From positions 317,387 to 381,386 of the forward strand of contig JAHJEV010000003.1 of NCBI GenBank assembly GCA_018825365.1: a stretch of DNA of 64,000 nt, written 5' to 3'. Position 1 is the stretch's first letter, and every line of letters starts with the position of its first letter. Source of the stretch: Patescibacteria group bacterium. Lineage in GTDB: Bacteria; Patescibacteriota; WWE3; UBA101185; UBA10185. Shown one piece after another: positions 51,010 to 61,255 of this stretch. Both the position numbers and the translations under genes were made by a program. The notes beneath the pieces are model-generated. The model worked only from the letters and a program-made list of their open reading frames with translations. It made no database searches and was not told where the DNA came from.

Positions 51010-52155
51010 ATGAATCTAACAAGAGTGTCTGCCATGCTTAAAAAAGCTTCCAAGTGGGTCTTCCTTGTTATTGGGGCCTACTATATAGCAATATTGTTAA
51101 TTATCCCGGGAGGACAATCTGCAATTAGAGCCCTTTTTACAAAAAAGGAGCCCCCCGTTATAACATATGGTCTTTTAGACCAACTGGAATTTGTAGAAAA
51201 AAGAATCGGCAAAACTGCTCCCGAATATGTGCTTAATACAAAAAACGGAAAGCTCCCAACAAATCTCCCTATGCAGCTTCCGGTTTATAAATTCAAACCT
51301 ATTCAATATTCGTACCTCGCCGGAAAAAACGCCATTAGTGACGCCGCACGGTTGGGTTTTGGGGATAAAGACCTTTCTTCAGATCTAAAAGGGAAAACGT
51401 ACGTTTGGAGAAACTCTCTCACAAAAAGTACACTTAGTATTGATCTTGAGACAAGAAAACTAACCCTCATAACAGATTTTTCCGGATCGGGAAATAGCTA
51501 CGCTCCTGGAAATATAAGCATTCAAAAGGCCCCCATACTTGCATCTCAAATTCTTTTGGCTATTTACAGATTTGATGACTCGTACGCAAAAGGAACTCAA
51601 AATATAATTTTGGGAAGTTTCCAGGGCAACAAAATTTATGAGACAACTGACGTCAGAGAGGCGCAGCTTGCAAGAATTGACTATTACAGAACCATTGATA
51701 ATTATCCGATATTCGGACCTGATCCATCGGAGGGTTTACTAAGAGTTTCGGTGGGAAACACCCCTCAGGGCGTCTCACCTTTAAATAATCCAATGATGGG
51801 CGTTAATTACTGGGAAATCATTCCTCAAACTGACTCAAAATACCCAATAATTCCGGTTTCTGAAGCCTGGGCTGCTGTGAAAAGCGGAAAGGGAATCATA
51901 TCAAGAGTATTTCAAAGAGGTTTAAATCCATTTGAAAGCTACGTTCCACTAGAGGTGGAAAAAATATTGATCGATAATATCTACCTTGGTTACTACGAGA
52001 CCCCAAAATATCAAACTTACCTTCAACCGATATATATTTTTAGCGGGACTTACACAACAAGAGGGTCTCCCGGAGGGGACATCACCATTTACTTCCCGGC
52101 TGTAAGCGGACAGTACACAAAACAAAACGCTACGAATACAACTCCATCTAAATAG
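51010..52155 (+). CDS. Hypothetical N-terminally anchored exported protein
   Basis: The supplied ORF starts at 50881 and overlaps gltX. Likelier starts are the ATG at 51010 (MNLTRVSAMLKK...) or at 51034; a TM helix (WVFLVIGAYYIAILLIIPG) is followed by a ~340-aa hydrophilic domain of unknown function. Confidence 0.5.
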   Translation: MNLTRVSAMLKKASKWVFLVIGAYYIAILLIIPGGQSAIRALFTKKEPPVITYGLLDQLEFVEKRIGKTAPEYVLNTKNGKLPTNLPMQLPVYKFKPIQYSYLAGKNAISDAARLGFGDKDLSSDLKGKTYVWRNSLTKSTLSIDLETRKLTLITDFSGSGNSYAPGNISIQKAPILASQILLAIYRFDDSYAKGTQNIILGSFQGNKIYETTDVREAQLARIDYYRTIDNYPIFGPDPSEGLLRVSVGNTPQGVSPLNNPMMGVNYWEIIPQTDSKYPIIPVSEAWAAVKSGKGIISRVFQRGLNPFESYVPLEVEKILIDNIYLGYYETPKYQTYLQPIYIFSGTYTTRGSPGGDITIYFPAVSGQYTKQNATNTTPSK

Positions 52156-52265
52156 AAATGTCTTAAAACTACTAAATCTCTACCCATTTTACTTTTCAAT
52201 CGTCTATGCACACAGGTGACGGGATATTTCAGCTAAGTCGGATAGGGGTATAAGAAAAAGGATAT

Positions 52266-52440
52266 TGTCCTCATGAGTACAGTTTAACATTTCATATTAA
52301 GCCATTTATCCCCGCATTACACTCGTTCCCCCTGTCCACGTCATTCACTTATACAAGGTTTCCTGTAAAGAAACGAAAATTCCCGAACCGTTTTGCCACA
52401 TGCTAACGGTTCGGGACTTGTACCCTAGGGTCAAAGTACC
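52266..52440 (-). mobile_element. Transposase-less remnant related to the 5' (tnpA-proximal) end of the IS200-like element at 44.0-44.7 kb
   Basis: Colinear with 44497..44660: cctcatgag..., tccccgcattacac ~ tccatgcattgcg, tcacttatacaaggtttcctgtaaagaaacgaaaa ~ tcacttatgcatggtttcctgtatggaaacaacgaaag, hairpin cccgaaccgttttgccacatgctaacggttcggg (52382..52415) ~ gatccccgtataaaacggggatc, and acttgtaccctagggtcaaagtac ~ actgtacaagtcttgtacac. Confidence 0.5.
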
Positions 52441-52655
52441 TATGCGATGCGTTCTACCCCCAGTGATAGCCAGTGGTTGCGGTCAAAGTTTGCCTTACTG
52501 GCAGTAAATCTCTTGTCCGTAAGGGTGTCCAAAAAAGCTTGGACCTCAGCAACGAGAGCATCATCTACACCGGGCCAATTGACCGGCCATGTTTTGAATT
52601 CCCCAACTTCCATGTTCCGAATTTCCTTTCTTAACCAAGCGTGACGTTTAGACAT
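52440..52655 (-). CDS. Orphan small ORF (hypothetical), G+C-rich relative to surroundings
   Basis: 71 aa (MSKRHAWLRKEIRNMEVGEFKTWPVNWPGVDDALVAEV...); no recognisable family; abuts the IS-end remnant. Confidence 0.3.
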   Translation of the reverse strand: MSKRHAWLRKEIRNMEVGEFKTWPVNWPGVDDALVAEVQAFLDTLTDKRFTASKANFDRNHWLSLGVERIA

Positions 52656-52996
52656 TTCGACTCCTTTACAATATGAAAATGGGTTTAAGATACTTCAATG
52701 CGAGGAGTGTAGCACAAAAGCATAATCTCAGCAACCTGCGTTAGATCATATTGTTTGTCATCCAAAATACACCCGTTCGATCATAATTAAATGTCATCGA
52801 AAAAGGATTAATTTTCATTAGAATATTACCTCCGTAGCTAATTTGTTTTGCCCAACTGGAGGTTGTTTCTAATGTTAAGTGGGTTCAACATGCGAGTTAC
52901 TCAATTTTACGAGCAATGGCATAAAGTTGCCTCGATGGCAGACCCGTTAGACCTAAAAGGAGGGTTAGTACCAGATAGATGTACCCAACCAGATAA

Positions 52997-54073
52997 TCAT
53001 TTCCAAGCGTAGCTTGCTAAAACCCAATCCAAAACATTTTTTGTATCTGCAAATCTATCCAAGCTTCCCATTACAACTATAACTATATCTCTCAGACCAT
53101 CGTTGTATTCATATATCAAAACCTCACCCGCCCCTTGTGTTGTACCAGTCTTTATTCCTACAGTATGAGGTATTTCCCATAAAAATTTGTTTGTATTGTA
53201 GATAATTCCGGAATACTTCTTTTTACTTGCATTTAAAATAAACATGGGGGTTTTAACATCCTCTTTAATACGGGGCACATTGGTTGCAAAAACAGCAAGC
53301 TTGTATAAATCAGATGCCGTAGAATAGTTGCCCCCATTTTCGTCATCAAGACCAACTGGATTAGAAACTCTGGTGGAGGTCATTCCAATAGAAATGGCTT
53401 TCTTATTCATCAAACCAACAAAAGCCCCATTTGTAACTCTTTTTGACGCCAAAACACACGCTGCGTCCCCCAGCGATCCGATCAGCATGCTGTCAACTAA
53501 ATCCCCTGCCGTAAACACAGAATCTTTCGGAAAACCAGCTTTTGTTCCTTCAACTTCCGTACACTCCTCTAACACTTTTAATTCTTCACCGGGGCTGTAC
53601 AAATCCAAAGCGACTAAAGCTGTTAAAAGTTTGACTGTAGAAGCAGGAGCCAACTTATCCTTAGAACTTTTTTCAAATAACACCCTTCCCTCTTTCTTTT
53701 CCACAACCAAAACAGACTTAGCCAATATCTCCGGCATCGGAAAATACCTAATTCTCGCCGGATAAAAAACACCAAGCTGAGTTTGAATTGTTTTATCAGA
53801 CAAAATATATTCAAACAAAGTACTAAGATATCCGGAGTACAGAAAATATCCTAAGGCAATTAGTCCCCCTGTAGCGATTACGACTGTCATAAATCTCTCC
53901 GTAAAGTAAACTGCCTGTCTGAATGTAAAACTAGTGCTTCTGTCTATAAACCAGAGAATTTGTATAGCAATACCTATAATTAGCAACCCTATTTTTCTAA
54001 CGAAATCTTCAATTCTTCTAGGAATAACTGTCGGCATCTTAAATTGCAAAGCTTCCAAATATGGGTTTTTCAA
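52997..54073 (-). CDS. D-alanyl-D-alanine carboxypeptidase (S11, PBP5/6-like), membrane anchored
   Basis: 358 aa; SxxK (PASTVKLLTAL) and KTG (IKTGTTQGAG) motifs; N-terminal TM segments. Confidence 0.75.
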   Translation of the reverse strand: MKNPYLEALQFKMPTVIPRRIEDFVRKIGLLIIGIAIQILWFIDRSTSFTFRQAVYFTERFMTVVIATGGLIALGYFLYSGYLSTLFEYILSDKTIQTQLGVFYPARIRYFPMPEILAKSVLVVEKKEGRVLFEKSSKDKLAPASTVKLLTALVALDLYSPGEELKVLEECTEVEGTKAGFPKDSVFTAGDLVDSMLIGSLGDAACVLASKRVTNGAFVGLMNKKAISIGMTSTRVSNPVGLDDENGGNYSTASDLYKLAVFATNVPRIKEDVKTPMFILNASKKKYSGIIYNTNKFLWEIPHTVGIKTGTTQGAGEVLIYEYNDGLRDIVIVVMGSLDRFADTKNVLDWVLASYAWK

Positions 54074-54512
54074 TTTCGATCAGATCTCTTGCTTTCATTA
54101 CAATAGATATTGTAGTTTTTCCGGCATTAAAGACAACATTGCCATCTCTTTTTAGACCCTCATCGAAATAAGTTGTAAGACCCAAAAGGCTTCCAAAGGG
54201 CATGACCGCGCCTCTTTCAAGATTCACCTTTTCAGGAAGTTTTTCCTTATCAACCATTCTCAAATTTTTTATTTTATACATCTTCATAAATTTTCTCGAA
54301 TCCACTCTTTTATCCGCTGGGACAACTATTAAGATAAGTTTGGCATCCGCATCAAAAACAAGGGATTTGGCCCCCAGTGAAATATCGGTCCCTCTTACTC
54401 TTGAGGCATCTTCCGAGGAAAAAACCGGCTTGTGCTCATACTTTTCATAGGAAATCTTGTTCCTGTCCAAAAGTCCAAAAACTTTCTGAGTCAGATCCAT
54501 AAAAAACCTCAC
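54039..54512 (-). CDS. YbaK/ProX-like aminoacyl-tRNA deacylase domain protein
   Basis: 157 aa; YbaK-fold sequence (...SLGAKSLVFDADAKLILIVVPADKRVD...GAVMPFG...); its 3' end overlaps the dacA-like start by 35 nt. Confidence 0.65.
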   Translation of the reverse strand: MRFFMDLTQKVFGLLDRNKISYEKYEHKPVFSSEDASRVRGTDISLGAKSLVFDADAKLILIVVPADKRVDSRKFMKMYKIKNLRMVDKEKLPEKVNLERGAVMPFGSLLGLTTYFDEGLKRDGNVVFNAGKTTISIVMKARDLIEIEKPIFGSFAI

Positions 54513-55801
54513 GGTCTTAATCTTTTAACATCTCTTGGCAAATACGTGGCCTCCTTCACGCTTGGAAGATCTAATATTTTCATAATCAACCTTCCCGGAC
54601 CTATTCCTACCCCACCGTGCGGAGGACAGCCATATTTGAAAAAGTTTAGATAATCTTCCAAAACATTCGGGTCCATACCTTTTTCCAAAGTCTGCTTTTT
54701 AAGTATTTCGTATCGATGCTCTCTTTGGGCACCTGTTGTAACCTCAACTCCCTTATATAACAGGTCAAAGCTCTTGGTTAATAGTGGATTGTCTTCATGC
54801 CTCATGTGATAAAAGGGCCTGGATTCGATTGGCCAGTCAGTTACAAACACAAAGTCATGACCTGTTTCTTTTTTAACTATTTCGCTTAAAGCAATCTCCT
54901 CCTCGCCGGTAAGATCTCCCTTTTTACCACTTTTGGCTCCTATCTTCTCAAGCTTCTTTTTTGCCTCTTCCATTGTCATTTTTGGAAATGGAATTGAGGG
55001 AATTTCAATAGCAAGCCCAAGCTTTTCTTTTAATTGAGTAAAACCAGCAACCAAAAGCCTTTCCTCCTCAGCCATTACGTCCTCATGAGAATTGATATAT
55101 GAGATTTCAAAGTCCCAACCGGTAAATTCGGTCATATGACGGGATGTAAATGAAGGTTCGGCTCTAAATACCGGTCCCATAACAAAAACCTTCTCAAATC
55201 CAGAGGCCATTGCCATTTGTTTGTAAAACTGAGGAGATTGAGCAAGGTAAGCCTTTGTCTCGAAGTACCTCACTTCGAATACATCAGCTCCGGTCTCACT
55301 TGCGGTACCCATAAAAGACGGTGTATATATTTGCAAATATCCTGCGTCCTCAAAATATTTCCTGAAACCTCTTTCAAGCTCTGTCCAAACCTTAAAGATT
55401 TTAAGATTTTTTTCTTTTCTAAGGTCAACGTACCTCCAATCAAGCCTTTTTGTTACATCAGTTTCCTCACCGCCCTTTTCCTCAACAACAGGGATTGGGA
55501 GCTCCGGCTCTGCTTTGCTTAATATAGTTATTTTGCCGGCTTTCAACTCAAATCCCCCAGGTGCTTGTTTTTCTTCCTTTACATTTCCCTCAATCTCAAT
55601 GACAGATTCCAAAGAAAGCTTTCCGGCCTCTTCAAAAACATCGGGATCCCCCTTTGAAGTTACTGTTTGGATCGTTCCAGTTACGTCTCTTAGAATCAAA
55701 AACATTATTCCTCCCTGTTTTCTTATTGTCTGGACAAAACCACAGACCTTAACTGGCTTTCCTACATGCTTTTGCAAATCTCTAATATATATTCTTTCCA
55801 T
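54509..55801 (-). CDS. Class IIb aminoacyl-tRNA synthetase, short archaeal/eukaryal-type Asp- or Asn-tRNA ligase
   Basis: 430 aa; N-terminal OB anticodon-binding domain, QSPQFYKQ, motif 2 FRAE, C-terminal GGVGIGPGRLIM; no bacterial GAD insertion. Asp versus Asn specificity cannot be decided by eye. Confidence 0.75.
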   Translation of the reverse strand: MERIYIRDLQKHVGKPVKVCGFVQTIRKQGGIMFLILRDVTGTIQTVTSKGDPDVFEEAGKLSLESVIEIEGNVKEEKQAPGGFELKAGKITILSKAEPELPIPVVEEKGGEETDVTKRLDWRYVDLRKEKNLKIFKVWTELERGFRKYFEDAGYLQIYTPSFMGTASETGADVFEVRYFETKAYLAQSPQFYKQMAMASGFEKVFVMGPVFRAEPSFTSRHMTEFTGWDFEISYINSHEDVMAEEERLLVAGFTQLKEKLGLAIEIPSIPFPKMTMEEAKKKLEKIGAKSGKKGDLTGEEEIALSEIVKKETGHDFVFVTDWPIESRPFYHMRHEDNPLLTKSFDLLYKGVEVTTGAQREHRYEILKKQTLEKGMDPNVLEDYLNFFKYGCPPHGGVGIGPGRLIMKILDLPSVKEATYLPRDVKRLRP

Positions 55802-55803
55802 AT

Positions 55804-57441
55804 TTAAACCTTTCTGAAATCCCTTACTACCAAATCTACGTATTTATTACCATTGTACTCATTTTTCTTCAATGTATAAACCAAATCTATTTTTTCTCCC
55901 ACTTTTAGATCATTTTCGTGCTCAGCGCCGCCAAAGTAAATGGCTTTGTGGTATTTATTTCCATCGTACAAACTTAGCTTCAAATGACGTTTGTCTTTCC
56001 CTGTAATATCGGAATTTACAATTCCAAAAGCTTCGGAAACAAACAGAGGCTGCTCATTTCCGATACCAAATGGTTCCATCCTTTCAATCTCGTTTAGAAG
56101 TTTTTCGTTTATAATGTCTGTCGGTATTTTCATATCAACGTTTAAAGTTGGTGTGAGAAACCTTTCTTCAATTTTACTTTCAGCATATTTGAGAAACTTC
56201 TTTTCAAACTGTGGAATTTCTTTCTTATCAATTGTAAAACCGGCAGCCATTGGGTGACCCCCAAGATCAATAAACATATCAGAAAATTCCCTCAACATCT
56301 CAATAACATTTACTCCTGCAATGGACCTTACTGATCCCTTTGCGTAATCATCCATTACGCACATGACAATTGCGGGTCTGTAGTAAGTTTGAACAAGTTT
56401 AGCCGCCACAAGCCCTATTATTCCTTCATGATATTTTTTATCGGAAGAAAAAATCACTTTTGGAAGTTTTTTCTTCCCCTTTTTGTCAAAATCAGCGGCA
56501 ACTTCATACATTTCCAATGTTTTTTCCTGTCTTTGAATATTTTTAGAATTTAAACTTTTCGCAAGTTCAGATAGCAACTTTTTGTCGTCCTCAACAAGAA
56601 TTCTGATTGAATCTTTTGCTGTTTCCATTCTTCCGGAAGCATTTAATCTTGGGCCTAAAACCCAACCAAGCTCATACGATGTTATTTCCGAAACTTCCTT
56701 TCCAGATACTTCAAGAAGTTTTTTCAAACCAAGCGGCGGTGTTGAGTTTAAAACCATAAGCCCCTTTTTGACCACTTCCCTATTAAAACCTGTTAATTTC
56801 TGAAGATCGGTAACTGTAGCCAAGGCTGCCATAGAGATGCTGTTTTTGTCTTTAGATCCTAAAAATCTAGTCAGGAGCCAGGAAATCACTGCGCCGCATA
56901 CGCTATCATTCCAAACAATACAATCTGCATTAGGTAATTCTTCAGGTTTTTGGTGATGATCCGTCAAAACAACAAAATTTCCGAGTTTTTTAATATACGC
57001 AACCTCATCAAACGCTGTTATACCAACATCAACCGTAATAAATAAAACGGGCGCTTTACTGCCAACTTCCTTTAATACATCGTCTATCGCAGGCTTGGAA
57101 ATGCCGTAGCTATGATCAAATCTGTTGGGTATAAAGTATGAAACTTTGTCGTATCCTTTTTCTTTTTTTAAGAAGTTATATAAAATAGCGGTGGCGTTTA
57201 TCCCATCTGAATCGTAATCTCCAAAAACTACAATCGTTCTTCCTAAGCTCATTGACTCTTTAATGTAATCAGACGCCTTTCTAAGTGTTTTTTTAAAATC
57301 CGCCGGCATCTGCTCGACACATTCTTTTAATGAGCGGTCTTTTAAGAAATCTTCTTTATCAGCTATTCCTCTTTGTTTAAGAATTTCTGATACGACGTCA
57401 CTTCCCTCTTTGTGTTTACCTAAAATATTCCACTTGACCAT
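55804..57441 (-). CDS. recJ: Single-stranded-DNA-specific exonuclease RecJ
   Basis: 545 aa; DHH family motifs (VVFGDYDSDGINA; LTDHHQ), DHHA1 and a C-terminal OB-like region. Confidence 0.85.
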   Translation of the reverse strand: MVKWNILGKHKEGSDVVSEILKQRGIADKEDFLKDRSLKECVEQMPADFKKTLRKASDYIKESMSLGRTIVVFGDYDSDGINATAILYNFLKKEKGYDKVSYFIPNRFDHSYGISKPAIDDVLKEVGSKAPVLFITVDVGITAFDEVAYIKKLGNFVVLTDHHQKPEELPNADCIVWNDSVCGAVISWLLTRFLGSKDKNSISMAALATVTDLQKLTGFNREVVKKGLMVLNSTPPLGLKKLLEVSGKEVSEITSYELGWVLGPRLNASGRMETAKDSIRILVEDDKKLLSELAKSLNSKNIQRQEKTLEMYEVAADFDKKGKKKLPKVIFSSDKKYHEGIIGLVAAKLVQTYYRPAIVMCVMDDYAKGSVRSIAGVNVIEMLREFSDMFIDLGGHPMAAGFTIDKKEIPQFEKKFLKYAESKIEERFLTPTLNVDMKIPTDIINEKLLNEIERMEPFGIGNEQPLFVSEAFGIVNSDITGKDKRHLKLSLYDGNKYHKAIYFGGAEHENDLKVGEKIDLVYTLKKNEYNGNKYVDLVVRDFRKV

Positions 57442-57469
57442 AAAAAGATATTACCAGAAGTCTAGATCT

Positions 57470-58024
57470 TTATTTGAAAATCCTTTCGGATAGTTTGCAT
57501 ATAAAGGAGGGAGCAAAAGCAGATACGAAGGAACAAACAAGGACGGAAATAAAAAGCATTCCAATAAAAGATCCGATTTCCCTGTTGGCCAAAAAAAGAA
57601 TCGCCAAAAGAAACAAAAGGTAATAAATTATTACATCAAATACTTTTCTAAAATTTCGCCTAACGCTTCCGCCAACGGATTCGCTGAAACTCATTGACTT
57701 TTTTGCCCTAGAGATTTCCCTTCTGATATTTACCACCAACGATAGATTCAAATTTATGGATAATATTAGTGTAAATAGTAAGTATAAATTCAGATTTTCA
57801 TAAGAATATTTCGTAAATAAAACATAACCAAAAAATGCAACTATCGAAAGGACGATACTTAAACATAAACTGATAATGAACAAAGCTACAATTCTTTTTC
57901 TATTGATCTTTTGCACACTTTTCAAAACTGGGGAAGAAAATATCGCTACAAATCCAACTACTACTCCAAAGAAAATAATAAATTCCTTACATGTTTCTAG
58001 CGTGTTAATAAATCCCGATATCAT
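57470..58024 (-). CDS. Polytopic membrane protein, possibly a divergent/truncated SecF-like subunit
   Basis: 184 aa, ~5 TM helices; VVNIRREISRAKK loosely resembles the SecD/F FDRIREN loop; overlaps the upstream SecD-like gene by 4 nt. Confidence 0.3.
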   Translation of the reverse strand: MISGFINTLETCKEFIIFFGVVVGFVAIFSSPVLKSVQKINRKRIVALFIISLCLSIVLSIVAFFGYVLFTKYSYENLNLYLLFTLILSINLNLSLVVNIRREISRAKKSMSFSESVGGSVRRNFRKVFDVIIYYLLFLLAILFLANREIGSFIGMLFISVLVCSFVSAFAPSFICKLSERIFK

Positions 58025-59361
58025 TTCTTTTTTCCTCCGGAAGTTTCAAGCAAAGTCTTAAACACAAAATATAAATATGGCAGACACAAACATCCAATCA
58101 CAATACTATAAATAAAACTCACAAGCTCTCCCTTTGCCGATCTTAAAACTAAAAGCATTGTGAAAAACAATAGTATAATCACATACTTAAAAATATCCCC
58201 CTGCTCCCCAAAAACCTTTTCTATCACGTATCCAAATGGCTTATCTTTAGACTCCTCTAACTTTATCTTATACAAAATTTCATATCCCTTCTCAACAAAA
58301 AGAAGGAGAGCCGTAAGCGTCCCTGCCACTAAAGCGAAGTTTACTGAAACAGAAAAAACCTTTACCAAGGCCAAAAAAAGGCAGATTGAGAGAAAAACTG
58401 ACATTGATAATAAAATACCCTCCTTTTTAAATCTAATCAGAGATAAAATAAGGGTTGCGGAGAAACCTACTAGTAAAGCTAACCCAAATTTCTCTATGAA
58501 GTTACTCCCAAACTTAGGAGCAACATCAAAGGCTTCTGGTGAAAACAGCTTCACCGGAAGGGGACCGTTTTTATATTGGATCAAAAAAGATTGCAAAAAA
58601 CCCTGGGGAAAGTACCCCGTCAGAGTCGGGTCGACTAAAGCATCGGCGGCAAGACTTTCATCTATAACCGGAATCAATACTGGGAAATCTTGATCATTAA
58701 TAAAAAAGGCAACTGGTTTATTTACATTTTCCTTTGCTACTTTGTTAAACTTGGCTTTTCCTTCTGGCTTAAAAATTATTTGCAGCTGATCCTGTCCGGT
58801 AGACCCCTTGCTTATTGCTAAATCCGAAACATCACTTCTTGAAATATCGGTTGGCAGCCAAGAATCCGGGGACGCAACTAACCTTGCTGCTTCTTCGGGA
58901 CCCCACTCCGCGGGATTTTTTAGAGTCTTAAAAGTAAGATTACCAGTTCCATTAAGAAGAACAGCGAGATAATTTATATCAACATACTTGGGAACCTCAA
59001 CAACTAATTGATATTTCCCATCTGTCTTTGAAATATAGACCTGATACTCCTTATACCCACCTGATTTCATTCTTTTCTCGGTAATTTCTTTTACCAGTTG
59101 TGAGTTTGTCTCTACGTTTTCTGTTCCTGCATCCCCAATGGTAAAAACCACTCTTTCCATTCCACCAACATCCATCCCCTTTTTGAAATCACTTAAATCA
59201 ATAACTTTTCCAAATATTTTTGGGGAGTATCCCCCTACATAGGAATCTACTTTCAGTAATTTATTGCTTACATAAATTTCGATTCTTGGAAGAATAACAA
59301 GAACAGAAGCTGAGAAAATTAAGGAGATAAGAACTAATCTAAAATTTTCGTTTTTAAGCAT
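58021..59361 (-). CDS. Membrane protein with SecD-like topology (1 TM, large extracytoplasmic domain, 5 C-terminal TM helices)
   Basis: 446 aa; the topology matches SecD; weak motif similarity (LFVEKGYEILYKI); assignment tentative. Confidence 0.35.
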   Translation of the reverse strand: MLKNENFRLVLISLIFSASVLVILPRIEIYVSNKLLKVDSYVGGYSPKIFGKVIDLSDFKKGMDVGGMERVVFTIGDAGTENVETNSQLVKEITEKRMKSGGYKEYQVYISKTDGKYQLVVEVPKYVDINYLAVLLNGTGNLTFKTLKNPAEWGPEEAARLVASPDSWLPTDISRSDVSDLAISKGSTGQDQLQIIFKPEGKAKFNKVAKENVNKPVAFFINDQDFPVLIPVIDESLAADALVDPTLTGYFPQGFLQSFLIQYKNGPLPVKLFSPEAFDVAPKFGSNFIEKFGLALLVGFSATLILSLIRFKKEGILLSMSVFLSICLFLALVKVFSVSVNFALVAGTLTALLLFVEKGYEILYKIKLEESKDKPFGYVIEKVFGEQGDIFKYVIILLFFTMLLVLRSAKGELVSFIYSIVIGCLCLPYLYFVFKTLLETSGGKKK

Positions 59362-59942
59362 TAGACAGTTTCACAAAATTTAGAATCGTCTCCGACAAGC
59401 ATTGTTCTGCTTTGAGTAAGTATTCTGTAGATAAAAGAATCATTTGTTCTTTTTCTATTTAAAAATTCTTCTATGCCCATCACTGAGTAGTTAATCTCTC
59501 TTCCCATCTTCTCCTCCTCTTCCTTGATTATGAAACTCAAGATGTCCAAATTTACCGAACCTACAATAAAAAGATCAACATCAAGAGCTGAGGATTTCCT
59601 TCCCCTTAAAAACTCAAGAGAAAGCATGGCGTAAGAAATATCTCCTATTTGTGGGGCCTTTTTCATTATGGCGGCACCAACGCCGTCTTCCTTAGCCACC
59701 AGTGACAAAAGTTCGGTATAAAAAGGGTGTTCGGTGTTTATCTGGTAGAAGATTTTATTTGAGCTTTGTCTTCTCGTTACGAGAGACACCTCGAAAAGAT
59801 TTTCCAGCTCGCGCCTCACGGCGTTTATCTCGGCATCAACATTTCTAACTATAGCTCTAATGTGAAAACTTCTTTTTGGATTCAAAAGAAGCAATTTTAA
59901 TATTTTAACCCTTACTTCAGATACAAGTATTTTATTTAACAT
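59361..59942 (-). CDS. Hypothetical protein with a possible N-terminal winged-helix domain
   Basis: 193 aa; N-terminal region ([42 protein letters not shown]) resembles ArsR/PadR-like wHTH; remainder unknown; overlaps the SecD-like gene by 1 nt. Confidence 0.35.
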   Translation of the reverse strand: MLNKILVSEVRVKILKLLLLNPKRSFHIRAIVRNVDAEINAVRRELENLFEVSLVTRRQSSNKIFYQINTEHPFYTELLSLVAKEDGVGAAIMKKAPQIGDISYAMLSLEFLRGRKSSALDVDLFIVGSVNLDILSFIIKEEEEKMGREINYSVMGIEEFLNRKRTNDSFIYRILTQSRTMLVGDDSKFCETV

Positions 59943-59960
59943 ATATTTTTCGGGGGCAGA

Positions 59961-61178
59961 TTAATTATAAACAACCTGATCAACATTTCTATCAGGTACT
60001 ATAGAGATCCAAAACTTTCCTCTATTGAATTGTAACTCATTTCCATCCGTATCGTAAAATATGGTTCTTGCATCTCTTCCTGATTTTGACCATGTGGCAT
60101 CTACAACTTTTCCGTCGATAAATACCAATGCCTTTCCGCTTCCGATAAGTTGGTACTCTAATCTACCCTTAACATCCTCCGCTACTGAGCTTTCTGTTGT
60201 AAACTGAACAATTAAATTTTTGACTTCCACTTGCTGTGTAGTTTTTTCCCGATCCATTAAAGCAATTGGTTGATCACTTGCATCATACCCGGTGAATCTA
60301 AGATACGAGTTGTTTTGGGGGTCGTATTTGAAAATACCTGTGTAATCTCCCTTAGTCCAGAAATCTATCGTTATACTACTTGCTAAAGGTTTAGAGGAAT
60401 AGATACTACTATCATTTTTAAATTTCCACAAAGTAATATCCCCTTTTCCTTCCCAACCCAGATTTGTAGCTAACTCCCTAAGTTTTAAACCATTAACATA
60501 GGCAGTATGTTCATAGGCAACGTTTCTAGGGTTGTCTCTCCACTCACAACCCGGTAAAGATTCGCATCCACCCCTAAACAAACTTCTAACCGGCCAAGTA
60601 TCGATTGCAAGTAATGCCTGGGGGGAATAACCAATATGCATTAACATCGCATCTCCAAGCTCTTTAACTATCATCAAATAATATTCTCTGGCGCTCCTTA
60701 CCGGGCCAATTTTCTCCGGTGTATGGGATTGGAGAAAGGCTAAATACCTTGTAATACCTCCCTCTGCAACAACTTCATAAACGATATCGGCGTAAATTAA
60801 TCCAGATTGAGGTCTTGCATCTACTTGGTTGTCTACCATAATCCCTAAGGGCCTCTGATCTTTCCACTGTGCTGCGTCTGAAGGAGCGACCAATTCCCCA
60901 GTTAGATCTGCAGGCAGTTTATCGTCAAACTTACTTGAAGAAATACCGTCATTCTTTGAAAAGGGACTGATAATTTTTTTAGAATTCCCTGAAAGAAAAA
61001 CCCAGGCTGTAAATACTATGGCCAAGACAAAAAATATACCAATCAGAATATTTATAGGGTTTTTATTGTTTTGTTTTTTAATAGGATACATTGGAGACAT
61101 AGGAACTTCCTCGTTTAATAAATTACTTTCCGGATTCTCCTGCACGGGAACATTAATAGTAGGGGCAAATTTTTGCAT
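59961..61178 (-). CDS. Hypothetical exported/anchored protein
   Basis: 405 aa; N-terminal TM (ILIGIFFVLAIVFTAWVFL) followed by a large hydrophilic domain; no family assigned. Confidence 0.45.
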   Translation of the reverse strand: MQKFAPTINVPVQENPESNLLNEEVPMSPMYPIKKQNNKNPINILIGIFFVLAIVFTAWVFLSGNSKKIISPFSKNDGISSSKFDDKLPADLTGELVAPSDAAQWKDQRPLGIMVDNQVDARPQSGLIYADIVYEVVAEGGITRYLAFLQSHTPEKIGPVRSAREYYLMIVKELGDAMLMHIGYSPQALLAIDTWPVRSLFRGGCESLPGCEWRDNPRNVAYEHTAYVNGLKLRELATNLGWEGKGDITLWKFKNDSSIYSSKPLASSITIDFWTKGDYTGIFKYDPQNNSYLRFTGYDASDQPIALMDREKTTQQVEVKNLIVQFTTESSVAEDVKGRLEYQLIGSGKALVFIDGKVVDATWSKSGRDARTIFYDTDGNELQFNRGKFWISIVPDRNVDQVVYN

Positions 61179-61255
61179 AGGGATATTATAGACTACTCAA
61201 GCTCTCCGACAACAATCAACCTTTAAAGATCATCTGTTGATGTAAAATTGTTTCA

